From: an uncultured Gemmatimonadaceae bacterium
GTDB lineage: Bacteria > Latescibacterota > UBA2968 > UBA8231
DNA: 64,000 nucleotides
Direction of reading: 5' to 3'
NCBI GenBank assembly: GCA_964456165.1
Contig: CAYWBJ010000133.1
Location: 23,764 to 87,763, forward strand
Part shown: positions 38,489-46,860 of the stretch, piece after piece
Layout: each line of letters starts with the position of its first letter
Numbering within the stretch: position 1 is the stretch's first letter
Translations under genes and position numbers: made by a program
Notes under the pieces: model-generated
What the model was told of the DNA's origin: nothing
The model's database searches: none
Seen by the model: the letters and a program-made list of their open reading frames with translations, nothing else

Positions 38489-39303
38489 TGGCCCTGCCGG
38501 AAGCCACCCGCGACTGGGGCTGGGAATTTGCACCCACCGAGGAGCAGAAGTTCGTCTACGATCTCAGGGGCTGGCTGCTGATCCCGAACGTTCTCGATGC
38601 CGCCGAGATCTCCCTGCTCAGAGAGCACGTGGTGGCGCTCAAGGAGGGCTGCGCTCCCGACACCAGCTACCCGTCCGGACGCTGGGAGATGCCGTCGCAG
38701 GCGCTGCTCGACCACCCGGTCGTCGCCGGCGTCCTGCGCGAGATCATCAACCCCGACCGCGGCGAGGACTGTTACGGCTTCCGCTGCGAGAGCACCGTGC
38801 CCCGCCTGCGCGACACCAGCTACGAAGGCCTGGAGCCCCACGGCGGTCCGGGCATCGGCCCCCTCGCCTACAGCTGCCGCAATACCCAGATCTACAGCGG
38901 CCAGACCCGCGTCGTCTGGGAGCTGAACCCGATCGCGCGGGGTGACGGCGGCACCCTGCTCATGTCGGGCTCCCACAAGAGCAGCTTCGACGTCCACCCC
39001 GATCACATGTCCATGGATTCGCCGTTGTTCGACACCTACTCCTGTCCCGCCGGCTCAGTCCTCTTCTTCACCGAAAGCCTCTGCCATGCCGGCCCTCCCT
39101 GGACCAACCGCGACCGCCCCCGCATCAGCATCTTCACCGCCTACTCCCCTGATCTAGCCCAGTATCACAAGACCAACCTCGACCCTGCAGTAATAGCCGC
39201 CATGCCCCCGAGACGCCGCACCCTCTTCCGCGGCGTCTGGGCCAGAGACTTCCACCACGGCCTCAACAATACCTACGTGGACGAAACCAACACCGCCCAT
39301 TAG
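38488..39303 (+). CDS. PhyH-family Fe(II)/2OG enzyme with H-x-G variant metal motif
   Basis: LEPHGGPG (cac ggc ggt, 38839-38847) sits where paralogs have WH-x-D. It keeps SGSHK, the distal LCHAG (His codon 39085-39087) and NRDRPR. The TGATG overlap with the upstream gene is at 38486-38490. Confidence 0.8.
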   Translation: MALPEATRDWGWEFAPTEEQKFVYDLRGWLLIPNVLDAAEISLLREHVVALKEGCAPDTSYPSGRWEMPSQALLDHPVVAGVLREIINPDRGEDCYGFRCESTVPRLRDTSYEGLEPHGGPGIGPLAYSCRNTQIYSGQTRVVWELNPIARGDGGTLLMSGSHKSSFDVHPDHMSMDSPLFDTYSCPAGSVLFFTESLCHAGPPWTNRDRPRISIFTAYSPDLAQYHKTNLDPAVIAAMPPRRRTLFRGVWARDFHHGLNNTYVDETNTAH

Positions 39304-39327
39304 TCACCAACCACCTCCGGGAAACCC

Positions 39328-40365
39328 ATGCCACTCGAACTCATCGCCGACCGTCCCAACCACGCCATCCTCAGCGAATACGAAGAGCCGGACCTGCAGC
39401 CCGACCAGGTGCGCGTCCGCAGTCTCTTCAGCTCGGTGAAGCACGGCACCGAACTGCGCGGATTCCGCGCCGACACCCCCGACGCCACCGACCGCTGGGA
39501 CGGTGATTTGCGCCTGCACCGGCGCGGCGAGTCGACCGGCAACACGCTCCTGCGCCGCCTGGGGAACATGTGCCTCGGCGAAGTGATCGAGTCAGGCAGC
39601 GAGGTCGAAGGCATGCGCGAGGGCGACCGGGTCTTCGCCCATCTACCGATCCGCGAGACCCACACCGTCGCCGCCAGCCGGCTCAAGACGGCGCCCGAGG
39701 GTGCGTCGCCCCAGGCGATCATGTACTGGGATCCCACCGATTTCGCGCTCGGCGCCGTGCGCGACGCGCCGGTGCGGCTGGGCGACCGCGTCGCCGTATT
39801 CGGCCTCGGCGCCATCGGCCTGATGGTGTCGCAGGCAGCGCGGCTGGGCGGCGCCCGCTGGGTCGTGGCCGTCGACCCCATCGAGCGGCGGCGCGATGCG
39901 GCCATGCGCCACGCCGCCGACCAGGCCCTGGACCCGAAGGCGGTCGACGCCGGCGTCGAGATCAAGGAGCTGACCGGCAAGGGAGGTGTGGAAATCGCCT
40001 TTGAGACCAGCGGCGCCTACCCGGCGCTGGAGGACGCCATGCGCTCCGTCTGTTATGGCGGCACCGTGGTCTCCACCGCGTACTACCATGGCGAGCGGGG
40101 CGTGATGCTGGCCGGCGAATGGCATCGCAATCGCATAAACGTGATCTCGAGTCGGGCCAACAGCCAGCCGCTGCCCCAGCCCAACTGGACCTTCGATCGC
40201 ATCCGCGAGGAGTCGCTGGCCCTACTGGTCGACGGCCGGCTCGATGCCAACGACCTAATCGATCCCATCGTCCCATTCGCGCGCGCGGCCGACGCCTACC
40301 ACGAGATCAACGAGCACCCGGAGCGCTCGATCAAGCTCGGCATCGATCACCGACTTCCCGCTTGA
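39328..40365 (+). CDS. MDR-family (zinc-type) alcohol/polyol dehydrogenase
   Basis: GEVIESGSEV...GDRVF and the VFGLGAIGLMVSQAARLGGA Rossmann motif. Confidence 0.85.
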   Translation: MPLELIADRPNHAILSEYEEPDLQPDQVRVRSLFSSVKHGTELRGFRADTPDATDRWDGDLRLHRRGESTGNTLLRRLGNMCLGEVIESGSEVEGMREGDRVFAHLPIRETHTVAASRLKTAPEGASPQAIMYWDPTDFALGAVRDAPVRLGDRVAVFGLGAIGLMVSQAARLGGARWVVAVDPIERRRDAAMRHAADQALDPKAVDAGVEIKELTGKGGVEIAFETSGAYPALEDAMRSVCYGGTVVSTAYYHGERGVMLAGEWHRNRINVISSRANSQPLPQPNWTFDRIREESLALLVDGRLDANDLIDPIVPFARAADAYHEINEHPERSIKLGIDHRLPA

Positions 40366-40664
40366 GACGGCCCCGTGCCAGCATCCACTGGCTGCTGGTT
40401 CGGGCGAAGGCGGCCGAGTATTACGACCGACGGCTCACGCTGCAGCGCCGGGCCGGCAGGAATTCGCCGACATCCGCGCCTGCTTCTCCGCCGGCGAATC
40501 GGCTCCCTTGAGGTGCCGGTGCGTCGCCATCAGCTTCGCCGTCGTGTCCAGGTGCTCCTGGACGAAGGGCGCCAGTCAGGCGTCCACCTTGAAGACCGGA
40601 AAAACCGCTCGGCAGTGGTCTTCACCTGCCGCCCGCCGCCGCAGACCGCGGGACTGCGGTCCGG

Positions 40665-41573
40665 TCATCGGGCGGCCTGCCCGACCTCGACACCCAGTGT
40701 CCGCTCCCACACCTTGGCCATCGCCCCCTTGCTTTCCGGCCCCAATCCCTGGTCCAGCGCCATTCTGTAGGTCTCCATGGCACCGTTGAACACCGGCGGC
40801 GAGACACCCAGGGCCTCGGCCATTTCGGCCATTGTCGCCATGTCCTTGAGCCCGCTCGACATCGGAAATCCCTCGTCGAACACCCGGCGGACAACGCGCC
40901 CGGCGAAGTAGTCGAAGGCGAAACTCTGGCCGGTGCCGGCGCTGACCACCCGGGCAACCGCTTCCGGGGCCAGACCCAGAGCCGTCGCCAGCGGCAGCAT
41001 TTCGGCCATCGCCGCGCAGGCTATGTTGTAGAGGACGTTGTTGACGGTCTTGGCCACCTGCCCCGCCCCTGACTCGCCCATGTGGACGATTTCACGGCCG
41101 AAGGTCTGCAGCACCGGTTGCAGTCGGGCGAAGACGTCGCGCCTGCCGCCCACCCTCACCGTCAGCGCGCCCTCACGGGCTCCCTGGGGCATGCCGCTGA
41201 CCGGCGCATCCAGGTAATCGACACCGAGGGTAGCCAGGGAGGCCGCCACTGCGCGGGTGCGCTTCGGGTGGGTGGTACCGCAGTCCACGACCACCTGCCC
41301 GGCGCGCAGCGCCGGCTCGAGGCCGTCGGAACCGAAGATCACCCGTTCGACCGCCTCCGCATCCGGCAGCGAGAGCAGTATCCAGTTGCAGTTTGGGGCT
41401 ATTTCCGTGACATTCTTCGCCGCGCGCACATCCCCACCGGCTCCCCTGTTCGTCAGGTGGGCAATCGCTTCTTTCCGCAGGTCGTATACCCACGTTTCGA
41501 ATTGGCCCGCCACCCTGGCGGCCATGGGACTACCCATGGCTCCGAGACCAATGAACCCGACACGCTCTGCCAC
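40665..41573 (-). CDS. 3-hydroxyisobutyrate/tartronate-semialdehyde reductase family NAD(P) oxidoreductase
   Basis: VGFIGLGAMGSPMA N-terminus, DAPVSG and GAGQVAKTVNN motifs. GTG start at 41573. Confidence 0.9.
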   Translation of the reverse strand: MAERVGFIGLGAMGSPMAARVAGQFETWVYDLRKEAIAHLTNRGAGGDVRAAKNVTEIAPNCNWILLSLPDAEAVERVIFGSDGLEPALRAGQVVVDCGTTHPKRTRAVAASLATLGVDYLDAPVSGMPQGAREGALTVRVGGRRDVFARLQPVLQTFGREIVHMGESGAGQVAKTVNNVLYNIACAAMAEMLPLATALGLAPEAVARVVSAGTGQSFAFDYFAGRVVRRVFDEGFPMSSGLKDMATMAEMAEALGVSPPVFNGAMETYRMALDQGLGPESKGAMAKVWERTLGVEVGQAAR

Positions 41574-41608
41574 GATACCGTTCCTTTGTCAACCGATAGA
41601 TTTTAGCC

Positions 41609-42193
41609 ATGTGCCCTGGGCCCGCTGCCATGACCCGACTTGAGCAACCCGAACGCGCGGCGCTCGACGCCGAGCAGACCCGCATTTACAACGAGATCGT
41701 CGCTTCGCGCGGCAGCATCGAGGGGCCGTTTCGCGCCTGGCTGCACCGGCCGGCATTCGCCGACCGGGCCCAGCAGCTGGGCGAGTACGTCCGCTACCGC
41801 ACCAGCCTCGAGCCCCGGCTCAGCGAGCTAGCGATTCTGGTCACCGCCCGCTTCTGGGACTGCCAGCTCGAGTGGACCCTGCACGAGCCCTGCGCCCGCG
41901 AGGGAGGGCTCGACGAAGCGATTATCGACGCCGTGCGCCGGCGTCACCGCCCCGACTTTTCCCGCTCCGACGAGGCCTCCGTTCACGACTACGCCACCCA
42001 GCTCCTCCGCGATCACGTCGTCACTGACGCCAGCTACGATGCCGTCCTGGCCGAACTGGGGAACGGCGGCGTCGTGGATCTGACCGGCATTGTCGGCTAC
42101 TACAGTATGGTAGCCATGACGCTCAACGCATGCCAGGTGCCGCTCGGGCCCGGCCGCGAACCCACCCTGGTAGATTGCCCGACCTACAGGTAG
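41609..42193 (+). CDS. carboxymuconolactone decarboxylase (AhpD-like) family protein
   Basis: GPFRAWLHRPAFADRAQQLGEYVRY...LSELAILVTARFWDCQLEW is typical of the CMD family. An alternative start is ATG 41630. Confidence 0.85.
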   Translation: MCPGPAAMTRLEQPERAALDAEQTRIYNEIVASRGSIEGPFRAWLHRPAFADRAQQLGEYVRYRTSLEPRLSELAILVTARFWDCQLEWTLHEPCAREGGLDEAIIDAVRRRHRPDFSRSDEASVHDYATQLLRDHVVTDASYDAVLAELGNGGVVDLTGIVGYYSMVAMTLNACQVPLGPGREPTLVDCPTYR

Positions 42194-45100
42194 TGTCGCT
42201 GCAGGGGCACAAGACTCCGGCACGGCGGCGGGCCCGGCCGCTTTTCCGCGGCCGCCTGCTGGTGGCACTGTTGTGCGGCGCCCTGCCGCTGTCGGCCGCG
42301 GCTAGCGTCCGCGTCGTCGACAGCGGTGACGACTTCGTTCGATTGCTCTACGAGCGCGGGCCGGCCAATCCGCTCGAATCCCTGGAGTACAGCCTGCTGG
42401 GTCTTCCCCTCGCTGGCAACGCCGTCGTCGACGTCGAGGAGGCCGTCCCCGGTCCGTTGCTGGCCCCACCGGAGCTCGCCGGCCTCAGCACTGACCTGTT
42501 CGCCGCCGGCCCGGTGCACCTGGGACCACCGGGATTCATGCGGGACCAGCGGGTGGCCACGCTGCACTTCGGCCCCGCGCCGGCGGCCGGGGGCAGCCTG
42601 CAGATGTTCGATCGCCTGCTGGTGTGCGTGCGCTTCACCGCCGCATCATCGAGCTCGCGCAGGGAGGGGAGCGCGTGGGAGGAGCAGCTCTACTCCGCCC
42701 TGCTCAACCGCGGCCAGGCCCGGCGCTGGCGGCGGGCGCGGGAGGCGCCCGCCGCTCGCACCGGCTTACCGGAGGCCGGCACACAGCGGCTCCGTATCGC
42801 CGTTCGGGGCGAGGGCATGGTCCGCATCCGGGGCCGCGACCTTGCCCAGTGGGGAATCGATGCCTCCCAACTCAATCCGGACCGCTTTCGCCTGCTCTAC
42901 GGCGGCGGACGGGTGCTGCCCCTAGATGTCGATCCGCAGCCGGTCCAGCTCCTCGAGCGACCCATCCTCGTCGACGACGGCGGCGACGGCCGGCTCGATC
43001 CGGACGACTTCATCCTGTTTGCCGGCGAGCCGATCTCCCGCTGGCATCACACAGCGGCCGGCCACCGCTTCATCGCCAATCCCTACACCGACGAGAACGT
43101 CTACTTCCTGGAGTTGGCCGGCGCCGCCGAAGGTCTCCGCATCGGTAGCCGTAGCAGTCGTCCGGATGCCGGCGCAGAAGGGGTCGAAACCTACCGAGCC
43201 CGCCTGCACCGAGAAGAGGAGAATCACACCGTCGCCGAGTCGTACGGCATCAAGTCAGGATACGAGTGGTACTGGGAGACGTTCCGCCGGAACTTTCTCG
43301 AGCTGCCGGTGACCCTCAGCGGCGCCGCGGAGGGGCCGGTCGTGATCCGGATCGGCATCTATGGGTTCACGAACACCGAACACCGCATCGACGTATACTG
43401 GAACGGCCACTGGCGACGGCAGCTCCAGTTCACTGGCCCCTTCCACCGCACCTTCGAAGTGGAGACTAGCAGGCTGAAGGAGGGGGAGAACAAGCTGCGC
43501 CTGGCCCAAAACTCAGGTATCCAGACCCGGCTGGACTGGTTCGAGCTGGAGTTCAACCGCCGGCTGCGGGCCGAGGACGGCGCTCTCCTCTTCGACGCCA
43601 TGGAAACCGGACCCGCCAACTACCAACTCGAGGGTTTCAAGGGCGAGCGGCCAAGGGTCTTCGAGGTCTCGCCGGGGCTGATCGAAGTCGTCGACTTCGA
43701 GTACGACGAGGAAGCCGGGACCGTTGCCTTCGGCGATCCCGGCTCGACCGCACCCCGTCGGTATGTCGCCACCGGTGCCTCCCGCTGGCTCGAGCCGGTG
43801 CGCATCGAGCTCGCTTCACCGACTTCGCTGACGTACGCCAGTGATGGCGCCGACTACGTCATAATCTCCCACCGCGACTTCATGGATGCGGCTGGGCGAC
43901 TCGCCGCCTGGCGTGCCGCAGACGATCGCTTCGGCCCGCCGCTGACGACGATGGTAGTGAACGTGAGCGACGTCTACGACGCATTCTCCGGCGGCCCCCT
44001 CGACCCGGCGGCGATCCGCAACTTCATCGCCTTCGCCACCGGAAGCTGGTCATCACCCCCCCTGTTCGTCACGCTGCTAGGGGACGCCACTTACGACTAC
44101 AGGAATAACGCCGGCGACAGCCCGGTGAACTGGCTGCCGGCCTTCCAGGACGGCGAGAGCACCTACGACGACTGGTACGTGCGGGTCAGCGGGGACGACC
44201 AGTTGCCCGACCTGGCCATCGGACGCCTGCCGGTGCGGACCGCGGCCGAAGCGGAGACGGTGGTGCGGAAGCTGATCGACTATGACCGGCAACCGGAACC
44301 GGGGTCCTGGCAGAGCCGCGTTCTGATGGTCGCCGACGACCTGGTCAACCCGGCCGTGCCCGAGGAGCCCGAGGATTACTTCCTGCTGAGCACAGAGTTC
44401 CTCGCCCGCTCGATTCTGCCGCGGGGACTGGACCAAGTGAAGCACTACATCGCCGATTTCCCCCGCGTTGGCCTGACCAAGCCCCAGGCCCGCGACGAGT
44501 TCATCAGGCTTTTCAATGAAGGGGCGCTTCTGGTCATCTACGTGGGCCACGGCAACCCGGATGTGCTGGCGCACGAGCAGATGTTCGTGCTCTCGCGCGA
44601 TGCCGACAGAATCCGCAACAACGGCCGGCTGCCGCTGATGTACACCGCCGCCAGCCAGGTCGGCGTCTTCGACGACCCGCTTCGCGACTCCATGCCGGAG
44701 TTGCTGCTGAAGATTCCGAACGGCGGTGTTATCGGAATGATCTCGGCTACCCGGGTCGGTATCCACGATGCGAACATGCTACTGGCGAGCAGCTTTCACC
44801 GGAAGCTCTTCCCCGATGACGGCGTTTCGATTCCCATCGGCCTGGCGCTCACCTCCGCCAAGGTCGCCATCGAGGGCGGCTATACCAGAAAGCAGAGAGG
44901 AATCATCGAGCGTTACGCCCTGATGGGAGACCCGGCCACGCGGCTAGCCCTCCCAAGCTACCGCGTCGCAGTCGAGCTCCCCGACACGCTCCGCGCCCTG
45001 GAGGAGATCCACATCGAAGGGCGCGTGATCGACCCGGCGGGAGAGCTGGTCCGCTCCTACCGGGGCGACGCGCTCGTCCAGGTCTTCGATTCCTCCAGCA

Positions 45101-45972
45101 TAACCCTGCTCGATCACCTGAAACACTTGAAGATCGGCAGCCACCTCTTTCGCGGCACGGCCGAGGTCGACAGGGGCCGTTTCGCCACCGCCTTCCGGGT
45201 GCCGAAGGACATCACCTACAAGGGCAATCGGGGCCGCGTCAGCGCTTATCTGTCGTCGCCGGACAACCCGTCGGCCTTCGGATACACCGACCGGATTGTC
45301 TTCGCCGGCCCTGGCGCCGATGCCGAGCTGGCAGCCGACCACAGCGGCCCTACTATCGAAATCGGCATCCGCGGCCAGCGTGACTTCGCCAGCGGCGACC
45401 TGGTGGCGACAAGCCCGATCGTGCGGGCGGCCATCAGCGACCCCAGCGGCATAAACATCGCCGGCGACACCGGCCATGAGATCATCCTGGACGTCGACGG
45501 CCTCCAGACTACCGTAACCCACGCGTTCGTCAACGGCCCGGACTATCGCCACGGCACGCTCGAGTATCAGCTGCCGGCTCTGCCCACCGGTGAGTACGTC
45601 GTCGGCCTGAAGGCCTGGGACTCGCTGAACAACTCGGCCGCCGCCAGCGTCACCATGCGCGTCGGCGGGACCGATCCGACGGTCTCCGACCTCCTGCTTC
45701 ACCCGAATCCCCTGACCGGCGATACCGGGTACCTAACATTCAACCTGTTCAGCCCCGTCAGCTCCGCGCGAGTCGGGATATACGCATTGTCCGGCAGGCT
45801 GATCGACCAGGTCGAGATCGCGCCGGAGCCCGGCTACAACCAGATATCCTGGTCCGCGCCACCTAGATTGGCCAACGGCACCTACCTGTACCGTCTTCGC
45901 CTGGAAGGAGAGGACGGGGCGGGACGAAAACGGGTGCGTGAGCAGACCGGGGTGATTCAGCTCCTGCGGTAG
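42193..45972 (+). CDS. peptidase C25 family protein, PorU-like, with T9SS-type C-terminal domain
   Basis: The GTG 42193 start (TAGTG overlap) gives a signal peptide (RLLVALLCGALPLSAAAS). C25 core: YVIISHRDF...LLGDATYDYRN...IYVGHGN...LPLMYTAASQVGVFDD. C-terminus: HPNPLTGDTGYLTFNL...VGIYALSGRLI...NGTYLYRL (Por_Secre_tail-like). Confidence 0.85.
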   Translation: MSLQGHKTPARRRARPLFRGRLLVALLCGALPLSAAASVRVVDSGDDFVRLLYERGPANPLESLEYSLLGLPLAGNAVVDVEEAVPGPLLAPPELAGLSTDLFAAGPVHLGPPGFMRDQRVATLHFGPAPAAGGSLQMFDRLLVCVRFTAASSSSRREGSAWEEQLYSALLNRGQARRWRRAREAPAARTGLPEAGTQRLRIAVRGEGMVRIRGRDLAQWGIDASQLNPDRFRLLYGGGRVLPLDVDPQPVQLLERPILVDDGGDGRLDPDDFILFAGEPISRWHHTAAGHRFIANPYTDENVYFLELAGAAEGLRIGSRSSRPDAGAEGVETYRARLHREEENHTVAESYGIKSGYEWYWETFRRNFLELPVTLSGAAEGPVVIRIGIYGFTNTEHRIDVYWNGHWRRQLQFTGPFHRTFEVETSRLKEGENKLRLAQNSGIQTRLDWFELEFNRRLRAEDGALLFDAMETGPANYQLEGFKGERPRVFEVSPGLIEVVDFEYDEEAGTVAFGDPGSTAPRRYVATGASRWLEPVRIELASPTSLTYASDGADYVIISHRDFMDAAGRLAAWRAADDRFGPPLTTMVVNVSDVYDAFSGGPLDPAAIRNFIAFATGSWSSPPLFVTLLGDATYDYRNNAGDSPVNWLPAFQDGESTYDDWYVRVSGDDQLPDLAIGRLPVRTAAEAETVVRKLIDYDRQPEPGSWQSRVLMVADDLVNPAVPEEPEDYFLLSTEFLARSILPRGLDQVKHYIADFPRVGLTKPQARDEFIRLFNEGALLVIYVGHGNPDVLAHEQMFVLSRDADRIRNNGRLPLMYTAASQVGVFDDPLRDSMPELLLKIPNGGVIGMISATRVGIHDANMLLASSFHRKLFPDDGVSIPIGLALTSAKVAIEGGYTRKQRGIIERYALMGDPATRLALPSYRVAVELPDTLRALEEIHIEGRVIDPAGELVRSYRGDALVQVFDSSSITLLDHLKHLKIGSHLFRGTAEVDRGRFATAFRVPKDITYKGNRGRVSAYLSSPDNPSAFGYTDRIVFAGPGADAELAADHSGPTIEIGIRGQRDFASGDLVATSPIVRAAISDPSGINIAGDTGHEIILDVDGLQTTVTHAFVNGPDYRHGTLEYQLPALPTGEYVVGLKAWDSLNNSAAASVTMRVGGTDPTVSDLLLHPNPLTGDTGYLTFNLFSPVSSARVGIYALSGRLIDQVEIAPEPGYNQISWSAPPRLANGTYLYRLRLEGEDGAGRKRVREQTGVIQLLR

Positions 45973-46856
45973 CCGGCGGGTCGCGCTTGATCGACGGGCC
46001 CGAGCACGGGCTCCGAACCGGCGATGGTGGTGCGGTGCATGACCCGGCGCTCGGCGGCGTGATCGAACGGCTCGACCACGTGGATGGCGCCCCGGTTGTC
46101 CCACATCAGCACGTCGTCGACGCGCCAGCGGTGGCGATAGTGGAAACGCTCCTGGATTGCCCAGTCCATCAGCTCGCCCAGCAGCTGCCGGCTCTCCTCC
46201 TCCCGCAGCCCGACGACCTGCTCCATGTAGGTGGCGCTGACGAAAAGCGAATGGCGTCCGTCCGGGTGCCGGCGCACCAGGGGATGCTCCACCGGCGGTA
46301 CCAGCGCCGCTTCCTCCGGTTTCATCGACGGCAGCTGGCGCTGCTGCCGCGAGTACAGAAAGCTGTGTCGTGCTTTCAGGCCGCGGATGCGCGCCTTGAG
46401 CTCGGGCGACATCTGCTCATAGGCGGCGAACATGTTGGCGAACAGGGTGTCACCCCCGCTCTTGACGATCTCGACGGCGTGCAGGACCGCGCCCTTTGCC
46501 GGCACCTGGCGATAGCTGCTATCCACGTGCCAGACCCAGATCAGGGTGCTATAGCGCCCCCCCTCAGACTCGACCGGACGAATCCGGTCGTCGTCGCCGA
46601 CATTGGTGACCCGGAAGATCTCCGGCCGGGTGTTGGAGCGATTGGCCGACTGGGGAAAGATCTCCAGCTCGCCGAAGTGGCGGCTGAAGGCGACCTGCTG
46701 CTCGTCGCTGATCGGCTGGCCGGGGAAGACCAGCACGGCATGCTCGCGCCAGGCCGCCTCGATCGCGCGCAGATCCCCTTCGCCCGGCCGCCTCAGATCG
46801 ACACCGGTGACTTCAGCACCGATCAGCGGGTGCAGCTTGCGGATACTGACCGCCAT
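45957..46856 (-). CDS. TauD/TfdA-family taurine-dioxygenase-like protein
   Basis: LIGAEVTGVDL, WHVDSSY (H-x-D) and DNRGAIHVV...RVMHRTTI. Its 3' end overlaps the convergent C25 gene by 16 nt. Confidence 0.9.
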   Translation of the reverse strand: MAVSIRKLHPLIGAEVTGVDLRRPGEGDLRAIEAAWREHAVLVFPGQPISDEQQVAFSRHFGELEIFPQSANRSNTRPEIFRVTNVGDDDRIRPVESEGGRYSTLIWVWHVDSSYRQVPAKGAVLHAVEIVKSGGDTLFANMFAAYEQMSPELKARIRGLKARHSFLYSRQQRQLPSMKPEEAALVPPVEHPLVRRHPDGRHSLFVSATYMEQVVGLREEESRQLLGELMDWAIQERFHYRHRWRVDDVLMWDNRGAIHVVEPFDHAAERRVMHRTTIAGSEPVLGPVDQARPAGYRRS

Positions 46857-46860
46857 CGGC

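Noticed and set aside
40366-40664. 299-nt spacer with an ATGA-coupled 30-codon ORF and fragments readable across three minus-strand frames (…TAERFF / PVFKVDA / APFVQEHLDTTAKLMATHRHLKG…)
   Set aside because: It looks like a multi-frameshifted dead gene. I could not assign a family or reconstruct a continuous reading, so it is not called as a feature.
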